From Phoronis australis (taxonomy: Eukaryota; Animalia; Phoronida), in NCBI GenBank assembly GCA_002633005.1, contig NMRA01000300.1:134336-198335 (forward strand): a stretch of 64,000 nucleotides of DNA, in the 5' to 3' direction. The translations under genes and the position numbers were made by a program. Shown in pieces: positions 37,471 through 51,122 of this stretch (position 1 is its first letter; every line of letters begins with the position of its first letter). The notes beneath the pieces are model-generated. The model was not told the DNA's origin. It did not search any database and worked only from the letters and a program-made list of their open reading frames with translations.

Positions 37471-39033
37471 CTTTAGGTGCCTAACCTTAGCATATATACA
37501 GTTTCTTTTTGGGACAGTCCTAAGTTAAAAAAGATCTGTAACAGCAGAAAGCAAGGCCTATAACTTGACACCGATTTTATAACAGTAAGAGGATTAAAGT
37601 CTATTTTTGTTATTTTTTTCAGCCACAAAACTAGTAGTACTGCAGTTTTAAGCGGAAAAAGTATCTTTAAAATCATCCAGTTAACATCAGACGCGTAAAT
37701 CTGTTGTGGCGTGATCAATCTAAGCTCTGTCCTTTCCTCAGATCATGTTATCTGGACTGTGGACAAGGAAGTTATGTTGCTATGATGCGTCCTGATAGCT
37801 CTACTGTACACTATGCGTGGGTCAAGATTGTACATGGCCTTGATCATTTATGCCCATAAAAGAACACTAGAGTAACACGCTAGTGCAGGCTTGCGTACTA
37901 AATGTGACCTTGGTTACATGTAGCTGTGCTGGTGATGATGTTTGAGACATCGAAACATGTTGAGTTTGAAAAATCTCCTTACTTTTATTAGCGTTATACC
38001 CTGTTTCACGCCGTTAAGGATCGCATGTGCTTTACAAACGTTGAAAATTGAGTCATTAATTTTCTAGTGCGTCTGCCATTTGAATTATTTGATAGTGTGA
38101 TGTGCTTGCTAATCACAGTGTCATGGCTCAGAAATATGAGCTTTTAAGGGGTGCGATTGAAAGAGTGCATTTGCCCGGGGCCAGTGGATTTGCCGCCGGG
38201 CCAGCAAAATTTCACCTATAAGCCCTATGTGGATGTGGTCTCATATTCAATAACTCGCCCGGCGGGCCAGCACATTTATTTGCTGAATCTCGAACACTGG
38301 TTGTGGGCCCTCCTGTCCACCCTCTCTCTACGCCGCTGACCATATGCATATTCATACATGGTATGATTTTGTAGAGAATTACCAACATTTTACAACCCGA
38401 GAAGTGCTATTCTATAAAAATGATTTCTGAAAGGAGCTATCCCTTTCTATTTTTATCAGTCGAACAGAAGGTGAAGTGTATTTTTTCGTTGAAAATCCTT
38501 TTAAAATCAATATCCACTCATTTCAAATTTTTATTTCGTAAAATGCGCTCATTTTGAAATTAATTTCCGTATATACGTGTGATAACATTTCAATCAAAAC
38601 TGCAAAGAAAAATTTTGCCCTGTTGTATAGCGCACATTGGCGTCTTGTTCAGCACTCACCACTGTATGTCGCGAGTAAAGCTGACTACAACGCCGTTTTA
38701 TTCGGCCAGCTGTGGAGGGTCGTTACATGTATGCATATGTCACTTACATGGAAATAACCCCTGAAGATTGCAGAAAGATTTCTCCTGACAAAGGTTGTAC
38801 TCTGTTATACTAACATAACGGCAGGCAGTTCTCCAGGGTTGTTAAGAAAACCTTTAAAATGCAAGAACATGTTTAAAGTTTAGAAGTATTGAGAGAAGAT
38901 ACTCTAAGGTGGACCAGAACAGGTAGGTCAGGCGCTACATGCCGGGTGTGCTTATGCATAACCTAATTGGCTTGTCTATAGCTAACAGTCTTGCTAAAGA
39001 AATGTGTAAGAAAAGAGAAAACGTTTTACTCAC

Positions 39034-39112
39034 AAGACACAGGTAAATACTTGGTCCCACCTGGTGTAAATAAGAACAGCAATATAATGATACTCGTTTG
39101 TCGAAGGCCCAT
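39034..39112 (-). CDS. Putative signal-peptide exon of the CBM14-like / three-finger secreted protein
   Basis: Acceptor ctgcag just upstream of ATG. Encodes MGLRQTSIIILLFLFTPGGTKYLPVS-T with donor GTGAGT (phase 1). An alternative phase-1 donor GTGGGA would end the exon at 39061. A candidate 5'UTR-exon donor GTAAGC lies at about 39363. Confidence 0.6.
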
Positions 39113-39869
39113 AATCGTCTGCAGTGTGCCACAGATGTTGACCTTATAGTTCAGACCGTCATGTGTATTGTAACCTCGATTGAGTATATTTCCACCATTA
39201 CGGATTGCATAAATCAATTTGATATAAAAGTGACAAAGCAAACGAGATGCGTGGCCGTTGGGTCGTTATTACCGTCAGTTGTTGTAGAAAACCATAGACA
39301 AACATTACTATGCCTCAGCAGTGTTCAGCGTAAAAAAGTGGAAGACTAAATCTAATGGCTTACGTCACTCGGTAAAATCCGTGTGTTTCCTTTCCTGTTT
39401 ACGATAACTCGCGGTAAGATTCGCACATTTATTTTGGCAGCCGTACATAATAAGGCGGGCAGCTAAGTAGGCTCACAGAATCTCAAATCGTTCAATGCCA
39501 AAATCTGTTCGAGAGGCGAATTCTTTCCCAACTAACAACTGAAAAATAAGTCACGGATCTTCAATAAACTGTGCCCACATGGAGTAGCATTCGGCGAAAT
39601 CGGCACGCCACGGACTTTCTTTTGAAAATCACTGAGGATTCAACGGCTTGACGTAATTTTCGACCTGTCGACACGCGCAGGCAAGACACATTTAGTTAAA
39701 TTTAGGTAATGAGATGAAAATAATCGACTACCAAACAAGGATCTGCGACGTTTAGAAATATTATTTAAAGGTAGTATCAGCACTATCTACCACGGTTTAT
39801 TTCACTGTTTATTTCACTTCCACCACGTTCAGTTAATCGTTTGCCGGAGGATGAGACATGCGCTCTCGA

Positions 39870-40147
39870 AATATACATTGTAGCTACTGTAATATAAATT
39901 GTAGCTACTGTAATATAAATTGTAGCTACTGTAATATAAATTGTAGCTACTGTAATATAAATTGTAGCTACTGTAATATAAATTGAAGCTACTGTAATAT
40001 ACATTGTAGCTACTGTAATATAAATTGAAGCTACTGTAATATACATTGTAGCTACTGTAATATAAATTGAAGCTACTGTAATATACATTGTAGCTACTGT
40101 AATATAAATTGAAGCTACTGTAATATACAGTGTAGCTACTGTAATAT
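39870..40147. repeat. 21-bp minisatellite, about 13 copies
   Basis: Unit ATTGTAGCTACTGTAATATAA; distal half alternates two variants (42-bp higher-order unit). Confidence 0.95.
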
Positions 40148-40899
40148 AGCTACTTGTTTGTTTGAAGTGTCTGGGCAATTTGATTTACATCACACCGGAG
40201 ACCGGAAATTATACAGAGATTATGAACGAGAGTAACACAAAATACAGTCGTGTTTTTCATCGAATTAGTAACTGTCATAACACAACGACTGTTTTACGAT
40301 TTTTGACAAATTGTGTCGAACCCCCTTAATCACCTCTAATCTGGGTCAGGAAGAAGTTCAGACATGTTTTATAACCAGAAGTCGTCCTTAACAAAATGTT
40401 CTTCTTTGATGGAAAGCGTGATTTTAGGAGTTTCAAGTTTTTGAAAAATGACGAATTGAAGGATTGGATAATACGTCATATTCACAAGTCATTGTGGGAC
40501 ATGAGCCATCCAAAGCGGAAGCGCCAGTAGACATACGGATGAACGACCTGTAGAGGTCACGTCCTTATACTATCATTTCCTTTAACTAGTAGCTGTTCAG
40601 TTTATCTAGAAGCGAGTGAACAAGTAAACTCCATTATGAGGTACCATGTTCCCAAACAGACGATTCCCTGTAGCCCAGATTAAACGACATATACATTTAT
40701 GCCCCGAGATGAGCACACAGTGGCTGATCTAGAATATCACAAGGGGGGGCAACATTTTGTCTGTAAACATTTGCTCAAAGCACGATTGTAGATGCGCCCA
40801 GGAAATCAAGCATTTTCCTTGATTCCCGAAGTATTATCCAAGAAAAAAAGGCAACAAAAAAGAAGAAGGTGTCAATCAGGAAAAACTGCAAGTACCACA

Positions 40900-40952
40900 G
40901 ACTCACGACCTAGAGGATAGAGCGCACGTGCTTTCCCACTGCACCACCACGA
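40900..40952 (-). mobile_element. Degenerate tRNA-like SINE head
   Basis: Minus strand GTGGTGCAGTGG A box followed by GGTCGTGAGTC B-box-like sequence. Confidence 0.3.
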
Positions 40953-43559
40953 TTTAAATTCCTCACTTGATACTAAGAGATCTACTTGTTTATGGTCCAC
41001 AGCGTTTGCGCGCGAACCTCCTTCTTTCTGTAATGCTTATTACATGTTGTAGGCCTATATTTTGTGCAATCAGTTTGTAATAAATTTGTTGCATTTAAAA
41101 TAGTCTTCAATTGCCCAAAAGACCAAATCTGTTTTTTGTGTTGGCAGTAATGACGCGATTGCTTTGGAAATCGTCTTAAGTTAAGGTTTGACAAAGCGAG
41201 AATTATGAGTTTCTGAGTGATTCACTAAGGCTTCGTTAAAAATTCACATCTTACCAGCAGCTTCAGTTTTTTCACCATCACTCAGATTCCATTTTCTTTA
41301 AAAAATGAAATAATTTTCTTCATTGCACAGTGAAGCAGACGACAGAAACGGAGTCGTAGTGCCCAGCGCCACTGCCGGTCGCCTGAGATATTGAGGGAGA
41401 GCCTATACTTAGCCATAGTTCCGCTACGATTGCGCCGTGTTCCGACATTCGACTTAATGTACCCCGTCACCTGTTTTGTTAATGAAAAGACTCTCTCGAA
41501 CCCAATGTGTATCGTTCGCGTTATCATGTGAAAAAAACACCCACGTTATCTTGTGGTTATGATTCTCGCTTCAGATTGGTGAATCTGTGTCCAGCTATGT
41601 CACCATCGGTTTACCAACTCTGAAATTCTTCGTCACGAGACTTTTACTAACGTGACAGGGCGATATATTCCATTTTCTTGGTGTGTAATTTGAAGGAAAG
41701 AGAAAAAAATCCAACAATTCATAGCATATAACTCCAAAATTTCTGTGTTTGCCCTGATATCTCGCGTCTACATTTTATTGTACACCAACCCCCCCCCCCC
41801 ACCCCGGCTTCGACAATTAACTTTGAGAAAGGTTAATGGGAAGAAAATGGGTAGAGTTTATAACTCGATGGAGTTAAATTAGGAAGTGTGACGTATATGT
41901 CGTTTATTTTGTGATGACCTTATCGTCTGCCCTGCTAATCATATGTTCTTGGGCCAAGTAGTGTTGAGACAATCCAGATTGTCGGTGTTTCTAGTGACAT
42001 CTGCCGGGGCATTAATGGTTGTGTACATGATCATCAAATCTAAAAATACGAACGAAGCCTGCACAGGTGGTGACAACTGTTTATAGTTACATGCAATCAT
42101 TGCTATTCCAAGAATCTAGTCATGTGAAAGACGTCAATACGTAATTTTGTACAAATGTACAAATAAATGTCTGAATTTTCTGGCAGGGAATTCTCTCTTC
42201 GGTATGATAAATTGTCAGTTATTGTTGCTTACATTTAATTTTTAAACTTAGTACCAACAAAGCTTCGGTTTGGCTTGCTACTACTACAGTAACTGTAGGC
42301 GATGTACACGTGACTAGATACCAGCAAATGGACTGGGTCTGTTTGGAACCAGCGTGCGTTGATCAACTTCAGAAATTAAACTATGACCTGCCAGTGGTTT
42401 GCGCATACATCTTTTCTGGGTATGCGTACCGAAAATAAAAGCTAATTGTGTGAGTACCCTTAAACTGGGTGATTCAATACTTTAAAAATTTAAAATAAAA
42501 ACCATGTCTTTCCTCTTACAGAAAAATAGTCACGCATAATCCTTAAACATCACACAATTGTCACTTCAGCTTGTTTGCCCTCAGTCTAATTAGAGCATTA
42601 ACATTCATTCCACTCAGAACCCTAGCGGCATATTTATTAACCAATTGTATTCGCTTCCTGTTAACAATTATAGAATGTCCGGCACAAGCCGCAAAACTCC
42701 CGAAGATTACACGATCGGCCAGTTGTTAGAGCATCAACATTCGAATTGGTGAATACCAGTACCCCAAATGTGACGTCATGAACAAAATCGCTCCTGACTC
42801 ACACCAATCATCCATGCATTCATCACCTTGTGAACAGAAATGCTACTCAGTTGAAGTTTCGTATTTGTAAAATATATGAACAAGACAATCAAAAACCTAT
42901 CCTAAATGTTTTTTGTTTGTTTTGGGTAGGCTAACAACACGTGCCATGCCTTAATCAAAGATGAATACCAAAACAAGATTGGCCTCCCTAAATGGTGAGA
43001 GGACGCTGAACATGTCACTATGAGAAAAATGTTAATTGCGGGTGAATTTTTGTCATTTCGATTCTGGCAATACCTAGTTACAACGCTATAAAGCTATGTT
43101 ATTAAACGGCAGGAGGACAGGCTAGATTTTGTCAGTATCACGGTTTGTTAGCCATGTACACTTGGCCCGATTGCTTACAAAAGTCGCGCATCGTCATCTT
43201 GCATAGACCATAACAGTCTCACAATCAACACCGGTTTTGTGGTGGGCCTCTCATGGGAGTTCGTTGGCAATGAATTTGTCCAATCGGAATCGAGAACATC
43301 TTATCAATTTTGATTGACCAAACATAATTTAAGATATTATTCCTGATCTCATACAAACACTGACACAGCGTGCTGCTTCATATTACCGAAATATGTTCAC
43401 GCGACTCACCCAAAATATTACTAACAAAACCGAATGACTGCTTGTAAATGACTCTTTTCCAACGGCAGAGCGAACAGTCACAGTTGACCTGCAGACATGT
43501 ACAAATCAAAAAAATCAATAACTATTGGGAGGATTCTCATCAACAGTTAGACAAACTTA

Positions 43560-43670
43560 GCCTGGACCAAGTGCCTCTAGACCATGTGCCTTTGGATCAC
43601 GTGCCTCTGGGGAATTTTTTCTGTGGACCACGTGTCTCTGGACCATGTTTCCTCTGGACCACGTGCCTCT
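43560..43670. repeat. 15-bp degenerate tandem repeat
   Basis: GGACCACGTGCCTCT-like units, several containing CACGTG. Confidence 0.8.
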
Positions 43671-46639
43671 ATCGCCATGTACACGGATACTCATCCAGCC
43701 ACTTCTCTTATACTGACTTACTGTCGTGTAAGAAGTTGGACAGCGTAGATACATGCAGTGGTCGTTTTCCGTTCACGATTATTGCGCATGAGTACGGCAA
43801 TCGGATACGAAAAGCACACTGTGTCGACAGCGCGAGACAATATATATATACACAAAGGATTGTGGGATAGCGGTCAACCAAATGAGAACCGCTCCTGCAC
43901 GTAGATATATAAATGATTCGTAGAAATCGTTCCATCGCAGTGGTGTTTCAAGTGGTCAGAAGTTCAGATGATCTCAGATGTCAAAGGTAGCACATGCCCA
44001 AAACCAATTACCAGGTTACCGAGCAGACGACCGACCGGTGCGCGACACTTTATGTATTCTACAGTGCGTGACTCTTGCATCTCCCAAATAAACGCTATGC
44101 CATGCGCACGTGTCAATTTTTGCTATCCGTAAAAAACGGGAACACGTCCGGTTTCAACAGGGATCAAATCAACCTACCCATAAGTACACATACATACATA
44201 TGCAGTATTCACATGCATTACATGGACGGAGGATATATAGCTATGGTACGTGTAGCTGTCATGCAACGCCTAAAAAGTTGGTATTTGTTATCATTGAAAT
44301 TAAGGGTTCTATTAGAGAAAAACTCATGATCAAGATACGTTAACAGAAAATTATATCACTTCAGAGATGAAATTATGTTTACACGTACGCTGAAATTTAC
44401 GGAACACAACTGAGTCCTTATTCGGGCGTGCAACCGGCTTTATCGCTGTACGTTGTATGTCGCTGCAGTAGGACTGGTGCACAAAGGCCAGATTTGGAAC
44501 CCTACTCGTTTTATATTTTGTTATTCAAGGAGTATCGGTTTGTAAACCTAATCACGGTTAATTTTGTCTTTTTAAGAGGACAACTTTGTTAACATTCAAG
44601 CGCTTTCGTGATGAAAATAATAAATTAAGTTTTCTAACTTGTTTTTTTTTTACCCGTGGATACATGCATGTGTTTGATGATACACTAGAGTAACGAGAAC
44701 ACGACGGTAACTTCCGATTGATCCCGATTCAAATTTGCTGGTCAGAAATTCAACTACATGGTTTGATTAGTTGAAGTTCAATAATTTATTTTAGGATTTT
44801 TGACAACGGCTGGGACCGACATTCTCCCTATTTATCAGCTGCAGCCATTGGCTTGTCGCGCATACATCTTCACAATGGGAAATATATGGAACAGCGTGTC
44901 CTTTCTCATCAACTGATATTTCAGATGGTTTATCTGTTTTCATAAGACATTCTTACATCCCGGAATTATAAGCCATTAGCAGGACAATAAAAACATATAG
45001 CTTGCCAAATCGTGTTTGGCATCAACATTTAGACTAGTTAGCAATTTGCGGCGTCAACACAAGGAATCGCCGTTATCCATAATATTGCATTATCTAATTC
45101 ATTATTAAAGAGTTCATGTTGCATCCTGGGTCACGTGATGTGCGCTAAACTAAAACAGCGTGTCTAAAATAGCCAATTCGGATGAACCATCCAAACAACC
45201 CACGTAGATAGCAGATGTTGTGAGATTTTTGATTAATTATTTAAAATGTTAAGTTGTGGCTGCTGCGGTATGATGCATGGGTAAATATTTTTAAAGTGCC
45301 TCGATGGAAACTAATTTTCGGAAACAAATACTGTCAGAAAGACTGTTGTGACAAAGTATTTCTTGAGAATAGAAGGGTTGGTGACATTGTACGAGAGACC
45401 GTGATGTAGTCATAACAATAACACTCGACAAATCGAAAGATCGGCTGGAAAGAGTTCAAAACCTCCAGTTATTAGAACGTAAACTATTAATTGACTAAAA
45501 TAATTTACAAAATTAATAAGCGCATTGTAATACAAAGTGCTATGTTTAAACTATTTACTATTTAGGAAATTATAGAAAGTGATCATAAAAAGTGACGGTT
45601 GGAAAAAGGATCTCGTAATAAGTGTAAAGAAAATACGAACAGCCAAACTGCACAAAATTACTTGTCTACGGAAATTAACTAATTAAACAATAACGACACT
45701 GCTGGGACAGATTTGGAAAACTTCTTCAGATTTCATGGGTTTAAAACCAAAAAACCAAACAAATAAAACGTGTTTTAATAACTGTGGACCGGACAGTGTA
45801 CAAATGAATCTTAAAGAACGTGTATGTAACGCAGCAAATGAAAAGTGATCAAAGGTCTGTGGTAAAAATATAAGTAAATAATTGTAAATTAGAATGCTGT
45901 CGTAATCAAGCTAAACAAACATCAAGGCGTCGATGAGTGCTGGACAACAACTACGCGGATACAATGGGAATAATAGTTTTAAGAATTATTACATCAAACT
46001 ATTCACGGGAAATACCGATTTCCTCAGCCACATCGAAGGCCAACATTAAAACCACGACAGTTATTGGTAAATGTCCTGATAAGCAACTGCATGCATTCAA
46101 CAAAGCGGTGTGCATACTGATAGACGGCACCCCACGAGAGCTCATTAAAAAACGCGAAAGCTCGTCAAAAATATTTTTTTATACAATTTCTGACGAAAGT
46201 ACCACCTCGAAGTCTACTAGAGAGTTATTCAATCTCCCGTGTGAGAGAGTTTCCAGAAAACATCGCAAAATTAACGATTTTTGAAATTCGCACTTAGGGA
46301 AATCTCTTACTGACCACAGAATTTCTGATCTCCTCCCACTTGTGATAAATGCGCGCATGCGCCCAGTCATTCGACCAACAACTGACTGACAAGACGGATA
46401 TTAATGACAGATTATCACGAGTGATGGCACTCCGAATGTAAGGTAGACAGAACAGTATGAGGCAAGCCAGTGAAGCAAGCGATTTCCAAGAAATAATCCC
46501 AAGTGCATTTTAGAGTATATTTGAATACTATGACACCTTTATAATTAATTCTATACGGTTAGGACGTACACGAGTTGCCTCTTAAAAGGACTGTCTGCTG
46601 CTTGAAGTCGCAAATCCACATGTTGCTTATAATTATAGA

Positions 46640-48100
46640 GTTATATCCTTATCAAACAGTTCAAGTAAGGCTTTCTTCAATATTATAAATAAAGAATTGC
46701 ATCTTAGGCAAATGCATGCCGGCTACATTAAAGGCTAAAGTATTATTACATCTCTCCAGGCTCTCACAAGATGTAGATGTTATGTTTTATTTGAAGATTT
46801 AAAAAAAATCGACAACCTTTGTTTCGCTGTTTAATTTAAAATGATATTCATGGAAATATTTGACCGGTTCTATAGCCATTACCTGAAAACTTGAATGATG
46901 CGTTAGGATGAAGGGTAGGCATACTGACACTTTTCACTGTAATGTTGGTGTACATCAGGGGTTTGTGTTAAACCGGTTTTAATTTACTATTTTTCTCAAT
47001 GACGTAATTGAATCATTGAAAATATCAGACCGTCAGGGTGTTTTGATGACGACCAGTCGCCGGTTACTTTACATCTTCTGTATATAGACAACACGGCTAA
47101 TATCTGATATTTAAATACAGTTTGTGTTCATAATTTTCTGTGATAAAGTAATGAAGGTATGACGACAAACATGGCTGTTTTGAGAAAAGGTGGACGATTA
47201 AAAAGTGAAAAAATGGTTTTACATGTCACATGACATTAAAGTGGTTGCATGTACGCATGTGCACACACAGTTCCTACTTTTGGAACGTCATGTACGCATG
47301 TGCATACAGAGTGCCTTCTTTGGGAACGTCATGTACGCATGTGCATACAGAGTGTCTACTTTGGGAACGTCATGTACGCATGCGCATACAGAGTGCCTAC
47401 TTTGGGAACGTCATGTACGCATGTGCATTCACAGTGCCTACTTTGGGAACGTCATGTACGCATGTGCATACACAGTGCCTACTTTGGGAACGTCATGGTT
47501 AAAAACGTTGACGAATTCGCATTAAAGGCTAAGAAAGACATGTTGAATGTCATTCGCTTTGAAAAGTACATGTACGTTGATGGACGTACCTTGTATCAGC
47601 TTTACAGATTTTTCATAGTGTCATAGATCCTTATCTCGTGTTATGGTTCACAGATTTGTGATTTTCAGCAAAACAATGCCGTGCAAAATGTTCAAGAAAA
47701 AGTGTGTAAGCTCATTTCAAGAGTAGGTGGTAATGCCACTGATGCCGCTGTATTATGGGAATTAGGACGGCATACCCTCGGCACACCTGCACTTGTTATT
47801 TTACAAGACGTGTGAATTGATGGCTGTAAGTGCAAGAAATGCCTGACTGCACATGAGTATATGACGCAAATTGTCACATGTTGAAAAGACTGGACGACGT
47901 TGGTAGGTAAGCGTGGCTAAGATGAAAAAGAATTCTATAAATACGGGTCTGGTAATGTTTGGCTGGAGCACGTTGTAGGCTACAACGATACTTTATTAAA
48001 ATACTCACTTAAAGAGTAAGAGACTGTGTCTTTAAGACAGCAGAGAGCAGTGTGTTCAAAATCGACTAATTGGAACTACTTACTGACCCCCATAAGAATA
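46640..48100 (+). mobile_element. Highly degraded LINE (CR1/L2-group-like) RT/C-terminal remnant
   Basis: Fragmentary translations GVHQGFVL (cf. GVRQGCVLSP) at ~46947, VLRKGGRLKSEKWFY at ~47175, CYGSQI at ~47640, AAVLWELGRHTL at ~47744. Many stops and frameshifts; ends approximate. Confidence 0.6.
47248..47496. repeat. 41-bp minisatellite, about 6 copies, inside the degraded LINE
   Basis: Unit CATGTACGCATGTGCATACAGAGTGCCTACTTTGGGAACGT. Confidence 0.95.
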
Positions 48101-48636
48101 TAAAAGTGGCCGAATGTTTGAAGGTTTTAAAATGTGTTGGTCTCAGAAAAAAATAACAAGAATCGGTTTTCGAAACTTTTTCACAATCCAAAATCCTGTA
48201 GTGGATCTACGTTATACTATACTACTTTTCAGAGGTTTATTTTCACAAATTGGTACCGTTTTCAGAACTGTATTTAGTGCAGTGTTAGCCAGAATCTTTT
48301 TGATTAGTATGCGCGCGAAATAAGTGTGAAATGCCTTTACGATCGAGAAGACAATCGATAAAAATCGCTTTGGGAATAATCCATGTTATGCTTACAATAT
48401 TTCTCACATGACTTGGAATGTGTTAATACGATTGGATATTACATGGGCGAATCACAAAGTAGTGCAAAGTAGAAATCCATATGAGTTACATTTAATCGTC
48501 AGCAATACTCTAAAATAACCAAACGCGCGCCAACAAACCACGCCGGATTCCCGAAAAGGTGACAAGGTTATGATTGACAAATCGGGTGTAGCAACTATAC
48601 GCGTTCCCAGTCGGAAGGATATGCAAACAACTTCTT

Positions 48637-48937
48637 CATAGGCGGATTTAGGGGGGCAGGGGGCCCGCCTCCTCCCCCCTTGGCTGCCGCAAGTAAATTG
48701 AAACAGCAACAGCGTGAAGCGCGAAGAAATATTGAGTTCATTAACTAGATCCGGTAGTGGCAGAATCGTGTTCCCGTTTTTTTTTAGTCCATCGATACAT
48801 TTTCTGAACAAAAGGTCCACATCCCTGGCTCCCGCAACCTTCGACTTTCGGGCCGCCCTTGCATATACAATAGCGCTTTACCCAATTCCCCGAGGCAACA
48901 TGTTGGCCCCCCTCATGGTATCCTAGATCCGTCACTG
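48637..48937. mobile_element. MITE family 4, copy a
   Basis: CATAGGCGGATTTAGGGGGG...TGAAACAGCAACAGCGTGAAGCGCGAAGAAATATTGAGTT...CCTAGATCCGTCACTG; homologous to 59788-60020. Confidence 0.7.
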
Positions 48938-49284
48938 AGAAAAACGGACCCATCTTCGGCGGCAATTTCCATATCCACACGTCACTAAGCTGAAAACTAA
49001 AACAACCTGAGTTACACGAACTATCAAGGACAAAATAAAAGACAAGAAAAAAAACATGGAGGAATCTAAATTTCAAAGAGAGACTTCATAGGTGTACTGT
49101 TGACTCCCGGAAGTTGACTACAATGCAATGCGAAATTAACTAAGTGATAAACTTCAACATTTTCCTGACAACAACTACAGCAGTTTAATGCAAGTAAAAT
49201 TGAGACTTCGAAACGTTTAACAAAGTTTCACGTAATAACGTTATAACTTCTTCTTTAACACGCAAAACATTTGTTTTATAAATA

Positions 49285-49690
49285 TAGATGTATACATACA
49301 TATGCATAAACATATAGGTTATCCCACATACAAAGAAATACTACTGCCATATTCCATCGAGAACTCATTTCATCTGGGAATGTCCCAACGAGACCGAGCT
49401 CAATCAAATTTGGCGTTGCACAAGCGAAGTTACTCTACAAAGAGACTACTCACCAACCATGAAATACGGCTTCTACCGTTGATATACGGATTGGCTCTAC
49501 TTTCCTGTATGTCACAGTTTAGAAAGTGACTTATACCACAATAGCAGCCTCGAATAGCCATTACAACCGTGTAATAAACCCAATTAGTTATCTCACTAGT
49601 GAAATAACATTTTGGCGGGAATCGAGGCGAGTTTCGAACCCGGTGCGCAAGTTTCGAGTCGTTGACTTGACCACTGCACCATTCAGCGGC
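49285..49690 (-). mobile_element. tRNA-derived SINE (Pol III head with A and B boxes)
   Basis: Minus strand TGGTGCAGTGG (A box, 49671-49681) and GGTTCGAAAC (B box, 49631-49640) at tRNA-like spacing, no intact cloverleaf. Possible (TATG)n tail near 49290. 3' limit uncertain. Confidence 0.5.
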
Positions 49691-50574
49691 TGACGTCATC
49701 GAACGTGAAAATAGAATACTTAAATGACCACGCGCAACAATCGCATGTTTAACAAAAGGCATTGTACCGACATTTTTACGCTATGAAAACTAAGACGCAT
49801 AATTTCCATAAAAACGACATTTTAATTCAGTGAAATTTAACTCTCACGTTCTCTCACTTGTAAGTCACCGATCTCCAATTTGAATGCGGGTATCGTGTCG
49901 TCGGGATCCTTCGACTTGAGCATTATACTCAGTTACCAGTGGCAACCTACTTTAGCAGACGATATTTTCTCGGTCGAAGTTTAGTGTGATAAACTGTGTA
50001 GTAAGCTATAATAGTTGCTAAGCCTTAATCCATAGATTCACTTTCTTTCCATTTTGTTCAAATTTTCAATTGTTTTAGAGTAAAGGCATTATTTGAAAAA
50101 AATAGCTCGGCTTTTCTAAAAGGTCACGACCTCCGACCCCGGGCCTCTGACACAGAAAGTAGTTACAAAGTCGAGGCGAGTCGAGAAAGGAAGATCGATT
50201 CATTGCAATGTTTCTCGTTCAGTATGTGGTATAAATAGATTTACCATGCGATGCTCGGGTCCTCCAGGTACCTTTGTACCTGCACTGTTATGTAGTGCAA
50301 TTTCCCTTGTAGTTAAGGCATAGCCGTGTCTGGTAGGTGGCCGTGGTATGGTGTCAATAGAAGTGCCTGTAATGTACAGCAACCACAATATGGAGGCAAA
50401 TCTGGGAATGGCATCGGTCCATTTCTTATTAGTTGCGACTAGCTTTTTCTCCTTCTTCTCCCACTCCTTTACCAGGGTCACGTCCCCCACGCGGGTTATG
50501 GCGGTGGACAGGATTGTTCATCCATGAACAGCCCTACCCATATGGCCACAACACCACGTTTCTTACAGTGTCTC

Positions 50575-50722
50575 CAGGGGCGAATCCAGGATTTTGAGTT
50601 AGGGGGGCCAGGGCAGAGTATTAGCCAGGATTTTTCCCCTCAGACATTCGCACCCTCGAACTGCCAAATGGAATCTGGGAGAATTTTAGGGGGGCCACGG
50701 CCCCATTCTAAATCCGCCACTG
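50575..50722. mobile_element. CAGTGGCGGAT-ended MITE family 3, copy b (inverted)
   Basis: CAGGGGCGAATCCAGGATTTTGAGTT...TAAATCCGCCACTG with the shared interior ATTAGCCAGGATTTT. Confidence 0.65.
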
Positions 50723-51122
50723 GTCTGTTTTTATCACTCCGGCAGGTCTGCTCATTCAGCTTGTCTGGATCCTGCTTTGCAGATTGTTATTGCCCAGTTG
50801 GCTGTTTGGTGTACCCACTTGGTACTTTACATGATATTTGCCCATTTTGCAGTTTGTACCCACTCGGTACTTGTTATTGACTTTCCCGTTTTGCTGGACC
50901 CAGTTGGTATTATGTACCCATTTGGTACTATGCTAACCTGTGCCACTTAGTATCCGATACTCAATTACACTTTGGGTATCGGAAATGTGTGTGTTATCTC
51001 TTGTAATTAAGGAACCCATCTGGTTCCTTCTGTGAAATATTTATTTGTAGAGCTGTGACCCTGAAATTCCCAATACAACTTAAAATATATATTATTCTTT
51101 TTGTTTTATTTGTCCCCAATAA

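Noticed and set aside
39783-40178. 131-aa hydrophobic repeat protein (ITVATIY)n
   Set aside because: Translation of a 21-bp minisatellite; no splice or homology support.
47205-47626. Three overlapping Cys/His-rich ORFs resembling zinc fingers
   Set aside because: Produced by a 41-bp tandem repeat cycling through frames.
49623-49690. tRNA gene
   Set aside because: A and B boxes are present but acceptor and anticodon stems do not pair; better explained as a SINE head.
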